Program-made: the position numbers and the translations under genes
Source: Patescibacteria group bacterium
GTDB lineage: Bacteria > Patescibacteriota > SICC01
Direction: 5' to 3'
DNA length: 64,000 nt
Assembly: GCA_040902515.1 (NCBI GenBank)
Contig: JBBDXB010000006.1
Location: 194,219-258,218 of the forward strand
The notes under the pieces: model-generated
The model's input: only the letters and a program-made list of their open reading frames with translations
Told to the model about the DNA's origin: nothing
The model's database searches: none
Part shown: one piece after another, positions 1-9,391 of the stretch
Layout: each line of letters opens with the position of its first letter
How positions within the stretch are numbered: position 1 is the stretch's first letter

Positions 1-440
1 GAATCCACCGAGTAATCGCCACGGATCGTGCCCATGTCGGCGAAGACGGGCAGCGTGTGGCCGGCGAGCTTGCGGACCATGTCGATGGCGTGGATGCCTT
101 CGATCACGACCGCCACCACCGGACCGCTGGCCATGTATTCGAACAGGCTTTCCTTCACGATCTTCCCGATCTCGACCTTGTCATCGGTGCCCATGTGCTC
201 CTTCACGTCGATCTTGTACTCGGCGAAGGTCTTGAGTCCCTTCTCACCGAGCCGGGCTACCCAGCTTTCCTCGCTCGGGAAATGCCCCTCCAGATGTTCG
301 CGGTCGACCTGCACCATCTTCAGCGCGATGACCTTCAGCCCGCGGCGCTCGATCCGCTGCAGTACCTCGCCGGTGAGCCCGCGCATCACTCCGTCCGGCT
401 TCACCAATACCAACGTCCGTTCCTGCTTGATCTCTTTCAT
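1..440 (-). CDS. ndk: nucleoside diphosphate kinase, N-terminal 146 aa; the C-terminus runs off the window start
   Basis: Minus-strand translation from the ATG at 438-440 gives MKEIKQERTLVLVKPDGVMRGLTGEVLQRIERRGLKVIALKM...GPVVAVVIEGIHAIDMVRKLAGHTLPVFADMGTIRGDYS (KPDGV and GTIRGD signatures); GGAG 3 nt upstream; absent from the ORF track because there is no stop inside the window. Confidence 0.8.
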   Translation of the reverse strand, partial: MKEIKQERTLVLVKPDGVMRGLTGEVLQRIERRGLKVIALKMVQVDREHLEGHFPSEESWVARLGEKGLKTFAEYKIDVKEHMGTDDKVEIGKIVKESLFEYMASGPVVAVVIEGIHAIDMVRKLAGHTLPVFADMGTIRGDYSVD

Positions 441-462
441 ACGCTCCAGTCTACCCGAACGC

Positions 463-1764
463 CTACTCGAACGTCAGCACGTCCTTGAACTTCCGATCCT
501 CGTGCGGACCGATCACCGCGGCGCTCAGGCCCCTGTCCGCGACGATCTCCTTCGCCAGATCGATCACCTGGTCCCGCGTGACCGCTGCGATCTCCTTGAG
601 CCGGTCCTTGGTGGTCTTCACGTCGCCGACCAGGAGCTGCTGTTCACCGTAGAATTCAGCCAGCGCCATCGAATCCTCCCACCTGAGCGCCAACCGGCCC
701 ATCTGGGAATCCTTGTGCATCGCGAGCTCGTCCGCCGGGAGGTCCCCGTCCCGTAGCCGCTTGAGTTCGGTGATGATCGCCTCCAGCGCGTCGTGCGCCT
801 GCTCGTTCTTCACGCCGGCCGCGACCACCAGCATGCCCGTGTCGGTCAACTGGTCGGGAAGCGCGCGGACGTAGTAGGCCAAACCGCGCTTCTCGCGGAC
901 TTCGGTGAACAGCCGCGAGCTCATGGTCCCGCCGAGGAGCTGTGCCAGTACCCCGAGCACTGGCGACGCGGCGCGGTCTTCCAGCGACGGCGCACGGAGC
1001 GTCAGGCCGATGTGGGTCTGTTCGGTCTGCTTGGTCTTCACCCGGAGTCGCGGCTCGGTCTGGGAAACGACCGCCCCTTCTGGCTGGACGTCGCTGGTGC
1101 CGGAGAACCGGCCGAGCAGTCCGTCGAGCTTCGCCTCGTCGAGCCCGTCCACCTTGCCGGCGATCACCAGCACGCAGCGGTCCGGCGTCTGGTGCCGCCG
1201 CTCGTACGCGCGGAAGTCGTCCGGCGTGAACCGGCGGATGTTCTCCTTCGGCCCGAGCGTGGACCGGCCGAGCGGATGGTCCGGGAACGTCACGGCTTCC
1301 AGTACCTGGTAGATGTCGGCGGCCGGGTCGTCCTCGTACATGTTGATCTCCTCGATGATCACGCCACGCTCCTTGTTGAGCTCGTCCGGATCGTACGCCG
1401 TGGCGGTGAGCACGTCGGAGAAGACGTCGGCTACGTCGAGGATGTGCGCGGCGCGGGTCTTCGCCCAGAAGCCGGTCACCTCCGCGCCGGTGAACGCGTT
1501 GGACACCGCGCCGATCTTGTCGAACGCCTGGGTCACCGCCCGGTAGTCCGGATACCGCTTGCCTCCCTTGAACGCCAAGTGTTCGTTGAAGTGCGCGATG
1601 CCGTTGGTCTCCGGCGTCTCGTACCGGCTGCCACCGCGGAACAGGAAGCTCACGGTCGCCGCCTCGGTGCCGGGCCGGGGAACGGTCACGACGGTCAGGC
1701 CGCTCGCGAGCGTCCGCGTCCGGAACGCCGGTCCCTGCCCTGCCTTTTGGCCGGCCTCACTCAT
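463..1764 (-). CDS. M16 family zinc peptidase (pitrilysin-like)
   Basis: 433-aa ORF; inverted zincin motif HFNEHLAFKG (HxxEH) near the N-terminus; M16 N and C domain-like composition. Confidence 0.8.
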   Translation of the reverse strand: MSEAGQKAGQGPAFRTRTLASGLTVVTVPRPGTEAATVSFLFRGGSRYETPETNGIAHFNEHLAFKGGKRYPDYRAVTQAFDKIGAVSNAFTGAEVTGFWAKTRAAHILDVADVFSDVLTATAYDPDELNKERGVIIEEINMYEDDPAADIYQVLEAVTFPDHPLGRSTLGPKENIRRFTPDDFRAYERRHQTPDRCVLVIAGKVDGLDEAKLDGLLGRFSGTSDVQPEGAVVSQTEPRLRVKTKQTEQTHIGLTLRAPSLEDRAASPVLGVLAQLLGGTMSSRLFTEVREKRGLAYYVRALPDQLTDTGMLVVAAGVKNEQAHDALEAIITELKRLRDGDLPADELAMHKDSQMGRLALRWEDSMALAEFYGEQQLLVGDVKTTKDRLKEIAAVTRDQVIDLAKEIVADRGLSAAVIGPHEDRKFKDVLTFE

Positions 1765-2161
1765 CGCCGCCCTCGGGAATCACAATGATCTGGCCGACGG
1801 CCAGGTTGTACGGATACGGAATGCCGTTGTATTCGGCGAGTTCCTCGAAATCCATGCCGTTCGCCTGGGCGATCGAGCTGATCGTATCGCCGGGCTGGAC
1901 CTCATACTGGCGGCCGGGCTGGACGGAGGCCTCGCTGTCGGATGGCACTTCGTCACCGTCCGAAGCCGGCGCGCCGCTCGGCGTGGGCACCGTTGCGGTC
2001 CGTTCTTCGGACCGGGGAAAGATCTCCTTCGAGAAGAGCGGTTGCTCGGAGAACCAGGCCAGGCCGTACCCGACGATGAAAAGCCCCATCGCGCTGACGA
2101 AGTAATAGAAAGAAAGCTTATTCCGGGATGCCACGGGAATTAGTGTATCATCCGGGCGCAT
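1757..2161 (-). CDS. membrane-anchored LysM domain protein
   Basis: Start trimmed to internal ATG (MRPDDTL...); one TM helix (MGLFIVGYGLAWF) then C-terminal LysM (YEVQPGDTISSIAQANGMDFEELAEYNGI...GQIIVIP); the upstream part of the 175-aa ORF is R-rich junk. Confidence 0.65.
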   Translation of the reverse strand: MRPDDTLIPVASRNKLSFYYFVSAMGLFIVGYGLAWFSEQPLFSKEIFPRSEERTATVPTPSGAPASDGDEVPSDSEASVQPGRQYEVQPGDTISSIAQANGMDFEELAEYNGIPYPYNLAVGQIIVIPEGGDE

Positions 2162-2573
2162 GGCAAGAGTTCCCAAAAGACGTGAGTTCGGGCTGGTGAA
2201 GCGCCTCCGATTGAGCCGGGTGAACCACCGGCAGCGCAGCAAGTTGGTCCGGGGGCTGACGATCGTAGCCGGGGCGTTGGTCACGAGCTGGGGGTTGTTG
2301 CTGCTGGCATTGCCCGGTCCCGCGTTCGCCGTGATTCCGATCGGCCTCTATCTGCTGGCGCTCGAGTTCCATTGGGCGGAACGGCTGCTCCAGCAGGCAC
2401 TCGAGCACGCCGACCGTGCCAGGGACAGCTCGTTCACCCGGGCCGTGGTCCGGTTCGTGCGCCGCCGCCCACGCCTCTCCGCGTTCCTACTGGCTCTGTT
2501 CCTGACGTTACTGGGCGCGTTCATCGCCTCGCTCTTCGCGCTCGACCTGATTCCCGACCGGTTCCGGCGGTAA
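2160..2573 (+). CDS. PGPGW-motif small transmembrane protein
   Basis: 137 aa, two TM segments, LLALPGPAF matches the PGPGW family motif; basic N- and C-termini. Confidence 0.55.
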   Translation: MARVPKRREFGLVKRLRLSRVNHRQRSKLVRGLTIVAGALVTSWGLLLLALPGPAFAVIPIGLYLLALEFHWAERLLQQALEHADRARDSSFTRAVVRFVRRRPRLSAFLLALFLTLLGAFIASLFALDLIPDRFRR

Positions 2574-2577
2574 GGAC

Positions 2578-4173
2578 TCAGACCGTCATCGCCGCGCCGC
2601 CGCGGCGGGTATCGCCATGGCCGGTCAACGTACCGGTCCGCGGATTCCGGGCGGCGGCCTGCACGCCGCCGAAGAACAGGTTCCGGTCCTTCCACAGGTT
2701 CACCTGGTAGCCGTCCGCGGTGAGGCGCTTGGCGTGTTTGGAATCGATACCGCCTTCGATCTCCGCCGAATCTCCCTCCACGTGCACCCGCGGCGCCTCG
2801 ACCGCTTCGTCCAGCGGCAGGCCGTCATCGAGCACCCCCAGGATCGTCTGCAGGATCGCGCTGCGGATCCGGTTGCTGCCGGCCGACCCGACCGCCAGGC
2901 GGACCTCGCCGCGATCCAGCACCAGCGTCGGGGCCATCATCGACGGGATCCGCGAACCGACCGGATGCTTGTGGAATCCCTGCGGGTTCAGGTCCTCCTC
3001 GCCGAGCATCGAGTTGAGCTGGATGCCGGTACCCGGCACCTGCACGCCAGAGCAGGCGCCGTTGGAGTTGGTCATGCTGACGGCATTGCCGTCGCCGTCG
3101 ATGACCACGCAATGGGTGGTATTGCCGAGTCGGTTGGTGATCCCTTGGTGGTCGTGGACGACCTGCTCCTCCGCCAATAGCCGCTCCAGCACGTCCTCGT
3201 CATGCCGGTGCGCGTCGAACCGGACACGGCGGACGGTGTTCGTCGCGAGCTGCGCCTCGACCACATGCCGAAGCCGTTCGTAGGAATCGCGCCCGAGTCT
3301 CGCCAAATCGAAGTGCGAAAGCAGCCTGAGCGTGTGGGCGATCAGCGCGCCGCCGGATGACGGCGGCGGGTTCCCCACGATCTCCGAACCGCGGTACTCG
3401 ATCCGGACGGGTTCACGCTCAATCACTTCGTACGCCGCCAGGTCCGCAGCGGTGATCCGTCCGCCACCGGCCGCCGATTCCCGGACGATCCGCTTCGTGA
3501 GCGCGCCACGGTAGAACGTGTCCGCGCCCCCGTCCGCGATCTCAGCGAGCGTTTCGGCCAGCTCCGGGTACCGGAACGTGTCGCCTTTCCGGTAGGGCCC
3601 GCCGTCCTTGGCGAACCGCCGTTTCGAATCCTCCGTAAGCGTCAGGATGTTGTGCAGCAATTCGAAAAGGTAGCTCTGTTGCTCGCCGACCAGCACGCCT
3701 TCCGTGGCGATCCGCTGCGCCGGTTCGAGAAGCCGCGCCATCGGGAGCGTCCCGGACCGTTCGTGTGCCGCGTACATCCCCGCCACGAATCCCGGCACGC
3801 CGTTGGCAGCATGGCCGGAGTGGAACATCTGCACGGTGCTACCGAAGTCGACCGGCGTCGGCGTGAGTTTTGCGAGTTTCCGGCGCTCCTTCTCGAGCCC
3901 CTCGCCCGGCATCGCCACGAAGTAGTCGAGCAACGTCTGCCGGCCGGTCGCGGCGTCGTGGGTCAGCATGAACCCGCCGGCCCCGAGCGCGATCAGGTGC
4001 GGCTCAGCGGCGCAGGCCGCGAAGGCGCAGGCGATCGCCGCGTCCACCGCCGTGCCGCCGGCTCGCAGGATCTCCGTACCGGCCCGGACCGTTTCCGGAC
4101 TGCCCGCCGCGACGACGCCTCGCGGGATCAGCTTTTCCGAGCTTCCTTTCGGACCGGTCACGTCTTTGAACAT
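2578..4173 (-). CDS. ggt: gamma-glutamyltransferase
   Basis: 531 aa; autocatalytic/catalytic Thr region TTHCVVIDGDGNAVSMTNSNG; GGT family features throughout. Confidence 0.85.
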   Translation of the reverse strand: MFKDVTGPKGSSEKLIPRGVVAAGSPETVRAGTEILRAGGTAVDAAIACAFAACAAEPHLIALGAGGFMLTHDAATGRQTLLDYFVAMPGEGLEKERRKLAKLTPTPVDFGSTVQMFHSGHAANGVPGFVAGMYAAHERSGTLPMARLLEPAQRIATEGVLVGEQQSYLFELLHNILTLTEDSKRRFAKDGGPYRKGDTFRYPELAETLAEIADGGADTFYRGALTKRIVRESAAGGGRITAADLAAYEVIEREPVRIEYRGSEIVGNPPPSSGGALIAHTLRLLSHFDLARLGRDSYERLRHVVEAQLATNTVRRVRFDAHRHDEDVLERLLAEEQVVHDHQGITNRLGNTTHCVVIDGDGNAVSMTNSNGACSGVQVPGTGIQLNSMLGEEDLNPQGFHKHPVGSRIPSMMAPTLVLDRGEVRLAVGSAGSNRIRSAILQTILGVLDDGLPLDEAVEAPRVHVEGDSAEIEGGIDSKHAKRLTADGYQVNLWKDRNLFFGGVQAAARNPRTGTLTGHGDTRRGGAAMTV

Positions 4174-4201
4174 CGGCGAGTACCCCTTTACGCTCCCTAC
4201 C

Positions 4202-4984
4202 TTACAAGAGCGTCAGCACGATCACGCCCGCCAGTGCCAGGCGGTAGTAGGCGAAGGCATCGAGGCGGTTCTGCTGGAGGAACCGGAGGAGATAGCGGAT
4301 CGTGAAGTAGCCGACGACCGCCGAGGTCGCGAGTCCGACCAGGGTGATGCCGATCACTCCGTCGCTTCCCTCGCTCAGGGTGTCGAAGAACTTCTTGCCA
4401 CCGGCCGCCACGACGATCGGCACGGAGAGTAGGAAGGCGAAACGGGCCGCTTCCGCCCGCTTGAGTCCGAGCAGCATGCCGACGACCGTGGTGGAGCCGG
4501 AACGGGATACGCCGGGAATCAGGGCGAACGCCTGGGCCAGGCCGATGATCAACGCGTCCAGGACCGAAGCGTCGCGGACATCTTTCCGCGCCGTCGCCAC
4601 CCGCTCGACGACCAGGAAGACGACTGCGCCGGCCGCCAGGGCCGTCGCGATCACCACCGGATCACGCAACGGTCCTTCGATCAGGTCCTCGAACGTGAGG
4701 CCGGCCAGGCCGGCCGGGATGCTCGCGATCACCAACGAATAGCCGAGTTTTCGTTCGGCGGGCTTGCGGAAACCGGTCACCACCCGCCAGAGGTCTTTCC
4801 GGAAAAACCCGACGACCGCCGCCGCGGTGCCGAGGTGGATCGCGGCGTCGAACTGCAGGCCGAACCGCGACTGGTCGAGCCCGAAGAGGTCCTGCGCCAA
4901 CGCCAGGTGCCCCGTCGAGGAGACCGGCAGGAACTCGGTAAGCCCTTGGATAATGCCGAGGACCGCGGCGTAGACGTACTCCAT
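4202..4984 (-). CDS. uppP: undecaprenyl-diphosphatase (BacA/UppP)
   Basis: 260 aa, polytopic; N-terminal GLTEFLPVSSTGHL signature of the UppP family. Confidence 0.9.
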   Translation of the reverse strand: MEYVYAAVLGIIQGLTEFLPVSSTGHLALAQDLFGLDQSRFGLQFDAAIHLGTAAAVVGFFRKDLWRVVTGFRKPAERKLGYSLVIASIPAGLAGLTFEDLIEGPLRDPVVIATALAAGAVVFLVVERVATARKDVRDASVLDALIIGLAQAFALIPGVSRSGSTTVVGMLLGLKRAEAARFAFLLSVPIVVAAGGKKFFDTLSEGSDGVIGITLVGLATSAVVGYFTIRYLLRFLQQNRLDAFAYYRLALAGVIVLTLL

Positions 4985-5095
4985 ACGGATTCCAGACTAC
5001 CGTATGCGATGGTTTCACGCGCAAGAAAAAGACGGCAACCCATCATCCGGTCGTTTCGAATCGTGAGATTGAAACGGGGATGACGGATCGCCGCC

Positions 5096-5293
5096 TTAAG
5101 AAGGTCCTTCGTCCAAGGCACGCCGGATCTGATCGTTGAAGAACAGGATCATCAGTACGATCGCGGCGAGCACGGAGACGCGGAGCAGGTTGAGCAGGAA
5201 CGCCGAACCGGTGAGGAGCGAGACGATTCCTGCGATGAACGCAAGCCCTGCCGGAACGAATGCCATCGGGATCAGGATTCCCCAGTCACGCAT
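5096..5293 (-). CDS. small hydrophobic membrane protein (65 aa)
   Basis: Internal start chosen (MRDWGILIPMAFVPAGLAFIAGIVSLL...); perfect SD AGGAGGG 6 nt upstream of the ATG at 5291-5293; two predicted TM helices. Confidence 0.55.
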   Translation of the reverse strand: MRDWGILIPMAFVPAGLAFIAGIVSLLTGSAFLLNLLRVSVLAAIVLMILFFNDQIRRALDEGPS

Positions 5294-5451
5294 GACTGCC
5301 CTCCTGTGACGTCTCAAGCGAGGCCGCGGGGGGAAGTCCCGCGCTGCCACGAACACAGACATAGACAACAGTAGAACGGGAGATGTCTCCGGGAACAGGC
5401 CGATGGTGGCACCCACCGTAGTGGCGAGACCGGTGATCCTTCGGAATCGCT

Positions 5452-5655
5452 TCATGAACCCTCCTTTAGGACGATCTCCGTCCGGGGTTTAGCGGGCCGG
5501 TCGTTGTCCTTCACGTCGCTCTGGATCAGCACGGCAAGGAACAGGATGAACGCGACGACCAGGACAATGAACCAGAATATGCCGAGCAGGCATCCCCTGG
5601 CGAAGCGCGACCCGAGCAGGGCCGCGATGATCAGCAACAGCAACAGAAGCTCCAC
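5452..5655 (-). CDS. small hydrophobic membrane protein (67 aa, GTG start)
   Basis: MELLLLLLIIAALLG...; GGAAGGAGGAG immediately upstream; two TM helices; tandem with 5096..5293. Confidence 0.5.
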   Translation of the reverse strand: MELLLLLLIIAALLGSRFARGCLLGIFWFIVLVVAFILFLAVLIQSDVKDNDRPAKPRTEIVLKEGS

Positions 5656-5708
5656 GGCTCCTCCTTCCGGTCGACAACGGTATGTGAAGGTGACCGGTCA
5701 GTGTACGC

Positions 5709-6266
5709 CTAGCGCATTTCCTTGGCCAGCCAACGGCTTTGCCAGGAGACGAGTTTGGCCAGCCCGAGACCGAGCAGTGCGCCCGCGATCACGTCGCTCG
5801 GGTAATGGACGCCAGCGACCACCCGGGCGATCGCAACGACCGCCGCGACGGTCAGCAGGGCGATGCCCCACTTCCGGTGGTTCCCGATGAAGTAGACCGT
5901 TCCCGCGAACGCGAAAAGGATTATCGCGTGGCCGCTCGGGAAGGACTGCTCGAGCGGGTCCACGAGTTCGACGTAGTTGAGTTGGTGCGTCACGAACGGC
6001 CGGTCGCGATGGAACACCTCGCCGATCAGCCAGTGCGTCCCGATCGCCAGCAGCATGGCGCCGACCGCGGCGATGACCGCATCCTGGCCCTTTTCCTTCT
6101 GCCGCTTGGTCCGGCCGCTAAGGAAGATCCAAACGGCGGCCGCGGTGAAGAAGTACGGGAGCAAATCGGCGGCGAAGTTCACTATCTCGGCACGGAGCGG
6201 GCCGGTTCCGCCGATCTCCGTGGCGGCCCGTGTCAGTTGGTAGTCGAGGTAGCCAAGGAAGTCCAC
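5709..6266 (-). CDS. PAP2 family lipid phosphatase (PgpB-like, candidate second undecaprenyl-PP phosphatase)
   Basis: 185 aa; PAP2 motifs KxxxxxxRP (HRDRPF), PSGH (FPSGHAI) and SRxxxxxHxxxD (ARVVAGVHYPSDV). Confidence 0.8.
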   Translation of the reverse strand: MDFLGYLDYQLTRAATEIGGTGPLRAEIVNFAADLLPYFFTAAAVWIFLSGRTKRQKEKGQDAVIAAVGAMLLAIGTHWLIGEVFHRDRPFVTHQLNYVELVDPLEQSFPSGHAIILFAFAGTVYFIGNHRKWGIALLTVAAVVAIARVVAGVHYPSDVIAGALLGLGLAKLVSWQSRWLAKEMR

Positions 6267-6381
6267 GTCACCAGCTTAGCGCGGCGGAGGCCGCTCCCCC
6301 ATCCCTATCTTGTAAAAACTGCTCAACTATGGTACTTTACTGCAGACGGCAGACGCTGTCTCGTACCCCAACAACAAGGAG

Positions 6382-6996
6382 GTGGGAGCTTTGGGCTCTC
6401 AGACCAAGATCGCATGCACCCTGCTCGGCCTCGCCGGGGTCGTCCAGCTCGTGCTGTTCGCGAGCATCGGGACGACCTGGGCCATGCAAATCGACAACGA
6501 CGGTGGCGCGGTCATCCCCGACTACTTGCGGGACACCACCGTGCTACTGCTCGACGTCGGCACAGTCGAGATGCTTCAGTGGGCCATGATCGGATTCCTG
6601 GCCATGGGCATCGTGATGGCGGTGGATGGTCGGAACTACGCGTTGGCACTTGGCAGCGGCGCAGTCGGGACCATCATGGGCGGCGGCCTCGGGCTGTTGC
6701 TCTACGAGTTCCAGGACACCATCCTGCCGTACAGCATCGTCTGGGCTGGCTTCTGGTCCGCCATCGTGTACATGATCGACCACGTCTTCGTGGCCAAGCG
6801 GAAGCGCAACCTGTCGCCAGAGGACGTCACCGGCCAGTCCGGGGAGGACACGGATCGGAACCGGTTCCGTGACGTACCGTCTTTCGACGTGCCGTCCACT
6901 GACGACCCCGCGCTCCTCGCCGAGCTCAACAGGCTCAGCCCCGAGGACCGCGCAGCGGTAAGGGATTTCGCCAGATCCTACAGTCCGCAGCGGTAG
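6382..6996 (+). CDS. hypothetical polytopic membrane protein
   Basis: 204 aa; AAGGAGGTG SD overlapping the listed GTG, so a TTG at 6391 is an alternative start; four hydrophobic segments and an acidic C-terminal tail. Confidence 0.5.
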   Translation: MGALGSQTKIACTLLGLAGVVQLVLFASIGTTWAMQIDNDGGAVIPDYLRDTTVLLLDVGTVEMLQWAMIGFLAMGIVMAVDGRNYALALGSGAVGTIMGGGLGLLLYEFQDTILPYSIVWAGFWSAIVYMIDHVFVAKRKRNLSPEDVTGQSGEDTDRNRFRDVPSFDVPSTDDPALLAELNRLSPEDRAAVRDFARSYSPQR

Positions 6997-7080
6997 CAAC
7001 TACCACCACGGCCCGTACCCCCGCACTCAACATTGAGTGGCCGCATCGCATCGGCGATGTCCCGGGCGGGGATTTACTCT

Positions 7081-7140
7081 GAAGAGAGAAACCAAATTCA
7101 TCATCCATGGATTTCTCCTCTCTTTTTTCTTTTGTCGCGA
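7081..7140 (+). terminator. candidate intrinsic terminator (imperfect hairpin plus T-tract)
   Basis: gaagagagaaa...tttctcctctc followed by ttttttcttttg, downstream of the 6382..6996 gene. Confidence 0.35.
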
Positions 7141-7214
7141 GAAATAAGGCAGCATCGATGCGGGTGCATGCCACCTGCTCGCTTTCCGTGACTAAATGTC
7201 GCACAATATAGTAC

Positions 7215-8243
7215 ATGGCAGAAAAAGCGACATCTGGCCGAGCCTCCTCCGCGGATGAAAAACAGCCTGACGCGAAAGTGCTTGCGAAGGCGGCATCAAA
7301 GCCCCCGCCCCGCCCGAAGACCGAGCTCGCGGAATACATCACGCAGTTCCTGGAGTACTGCGAAGTGGAACGGCAGCTCTCACGGCTCACGCTCCGGAAC
7401 TACGACCATTACCTCAGCCGGTTCGCACGCTGGGGCGCAAAGCACGGCGTGACCGCACCGAAGGACATCACGATCGACGCGGTCCGGAGCTTCCGGCTCT
7501 GGCTGAACCGCCAACCGAACCAGAACGGCGGCGAGCTCGGACGGCTCACGCAGAACTACCATGTGATCGCAATCCGAGCGATCCTCAAGTACCTGGCCCG
7601 CCGCGACGTGAAGACGCTCTCCGCCGACAAGATCGAACTCGGCAAGACCGAACGGCGGAGCGTCGAGTTCCTGACCGGCGAGGAGGTCGAACGGCTCCTC
7701 GAGGCGGCCGGCACCAAGGACACGTTCACGAGCCTCCGCGACCGGGCGATCCTGGAGCTCCTCTACTCCACGGGCCTTCGCGTGTCCGAGCTCTGCGCGC
7801 TCGATACCGACCAGGTGAACGCCGAGCGCGGCGAGTTCATGGTGCGCGGCAAGGGCGACAAGCCGCGGATCGTGTTCCTGAGTGAGCGCGCCGCGGGATT
7901 CCTGGCCGCCTATCTCGGCAAGCGCCGAGCCGCGATGCGGCCGCTCCTCACCCGCTCAGCCGAACCGGCCGGCCGCGAGGCGGACGGCAGCGACCTCCGG
8001 CTCACGTCCCGCTCCGTGCAGCGGATCCTGAAGAAGTACACGGCGGCGGCGGGCCTGGTGAAGGATGTGACGCCGCATACGCTCCGGCACTCGTTCGCGA
8101 CGGGGTTGCTCCGCAGCGGCGCCGACATCCGGAGCGTCCAGCAGATGCTCGGCCACGCCTCGATCACGACCACGCAGGTCTACACGCACGTCACCAACCC
8201 GCAGCTGCGGGAGGTGCATAAGAAGTTTCACGGGAAGTCATGA
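7215..8243 (+). CDS. xerD: tyrosine site-specific recombinase, XerC/XerD family, with a roughly 40-aa low-complexity N-terminal extension
   Basis: 342 aa; catalytic motifs LRVSELCAL, HTLRHSFAT, LGHASITTTQVYTHV; Lys/Ala-rich N-terminal extension (MAEKATSGRASSADEKQPDAKVLAKAASKPPPRP). Confidence 0.85.
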   Translation: MAEKATSGRASSADEKQPDAKVLAKAASKPPPRPKTELAEYITQFLEYCEVERQLSRLTLRNYDHYLSRFARWGAKHGVTAPKDITIDAVRSFRLWLNRQPNQNGGELGRLTQNYHVIAIRAILKYLARRDVKTLSADKIELGKTERRSVEFLTGEEVERLLEAAGTKDTFTSLRDRAILELLYSTGLRVSELCALDTDQVNAERGEFMVRGKGDKPRIVFLSERAAGFLAAYLGKRRAAMRPLLTRSAEPAGREADGSDLRLTSRSVQRILKKYTAAAGLVKDVTPHTLRHSFATGLLRSGADIRSVQQMLGHASITTTQVYTHVTNPQLREVHKKFHGKS

Positions 8244-8770
8244 GAATCACGATTCTCGGCCACACCGGTAGTGGCAAGACGACATTAGCGAAAGCGATTT
8301 CCAAACAGTACGGCATCCTGCACATCCAGATTGACCGGTTCTGGTTCCGGCACGGTGGCGGAAAACTCGAGCCCGGTGATAACTGGGCGGAGGTCAGGAA
8401 AAAGGTCCACGCCGATGTACGAAAGGCGATTCACCAAAAGGACTGGGTAAGTGACGGCATTTACCGACGCGCGCAGCCGGAAATCCTAAAGAGAGCGGAT
8501 GTCGTAATCTACATGGATGTGCCATTACGAGCTCGGTTAGTGAATCACGCGAAGCGGATCACCAAGAGACATAATCGTCATGGCGAGGTTTCGTTTACGG
8601 ATGACTTAAAACATTTCGTAACGATCATTAAAAAGACCCCAAAACATCGGAGTACAATCCAATCACTAATCAAAAACCATCCCCAGATCATCCTATTGCG
8701 TGGGCGAAAAGAAGTTTCCAGATTTCGCGAAAAACTTCCTGAGAGTTTGGATAGAACCCTATCCAGTTAG
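8240..8770 (+). CDS. P-loop NTPase (adenylate/shikimate-kinase-like AAA family, topology-modulation-protein-like); visibly lower GC than the flanks
   Basis: 176 aa; Walker A ILGHTGSGKTTLAK; ATGA start/stop overlap with xerD; sequence is A/T-rich (many aaa/att codons), by eye about 45-50% GC versus >60% nearby. Confidence 0.7.
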   Translation: MRITILGHTGSGKTTLAKAISKQYGILHIQIDRFWFRHGGGKLEPGDNWAEVRKKVHADVRKAIHQKDWVSDGIYRRAQPEILKRADVVIYMDVPLRARLVNHAKRITKRHNRHGEVSFTDDLKHFVTIIKKTPKHRSTIQSLIKNHPQIILLRGRKEVSRFREKLPESLDRTLSS

Positions 8771-8774
8771 GACC

Positions 8775-9107
8775 TTAGTACACCTTCCCACCCAACGGCA
8801 CGTCCGCGTCGGGCGTGAGCAGCACGCATTCGCCCTGCGCGTCCGGCACGCCGAGGGTCAGGACCTCCGAGACCGCCGGACCGATCTGCCGCGGCGGGAA
8901 GTTCACTACCGCCAGCACGCGTTTGCCCGCGAGCGACTCCCGCGGGTAGTTCGCCGTGAGCTGCGCGCACGACCGCTTGGTGCCGAGTTCCGGCCCGAAG
9001 TCGATCGTCAGCTTGTAGCTGGGCCTGCGCGCCTCCGGAAACGCCTCCGCCGAGACGATCTCGCCAACCCGGATGTCGATCCGCTGGAAGTCGTCGAAAG
9101 AAACCAT
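8775..9107 (-). CDS. csaA: tRNA-binding protein (CsaA/EMAP-II-like OB-fold domain)
   Basis: Start trimmed to MVSFDDFQRIDIRVGEIVSAE...; about 110 aa, typical of stand-alone tRNA-binding domain proteins. Confidence 0.7.
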   Translation of the reverse strand: MVSFDDFQRIDIRVGEIVSAEAFPEARRPSYKLTIDFGPELGTKRSCAQLTANYPRESLAGKRVLAVVNFPPRQIGPAVSEVLTLGVPDAQGECVLLTPDADVPLGGKVY

Positions 9108-9169
9108 GCGTTCAGTGTACGATAAACCTGCTGCTTCACATTTCGTTTCGCTCCCGACCAAAGGAAGCG

Positions 9170-9367
9170 ATGTCCGTATCGTCGATCAAACCGAAGTACC
9201 AAAGGTTGCTGATCCTGACCTATGGCCTCTTGGCGGCAGTGTTCTACACGTTCGCTACCGCGGCTGTAGCGTGGGATATGCCTCAAATCGGCATTCCCTG
9301 CCTCATCCTGGCATTCATCTGCCTCTACCGGAGCGGCCTGGAATCCGGCAGGTATCGCAGCCGGTAA
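9170..9367 (+). CDS. small membrane protein (65 aa)
   Basis: Two TM helices; AGGAAG upstream; first of a tandem pair. Confidence 0.4.
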   Translation: MSVSSIKPKYQRLLILTYGLLAAVFYTFATAAVAWDMPQIGIPCLILAFICLYRSGLESGRYRSR

Positions 9368-9391
9368 GCGTCCCCGATCGAAAGGAGCGCC

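Noticed and set aside
28-1788. Long plus-strand ORFs (28..756, 793..1788 and many similar ones elsewhere, e.g. 14159..15187 minus, 19934..21760 minus, 36032..37636 plus)
   Set aside because: They lie antisense to well-supported genes (ndk, M16 peptidase, ychF, tlyA, tilS and others) and have R/P/G-rich low-complexity translations typical of spurious ORFs in GC-rich DNA
6935-7390. Minus-strand ORF 6935..7390 (151 aa)
   Set aside because: It overlaps the terminator hairpin and the 5' end of xerD, has Cys/Ser-rich odd composition and no SD; judged non-coding
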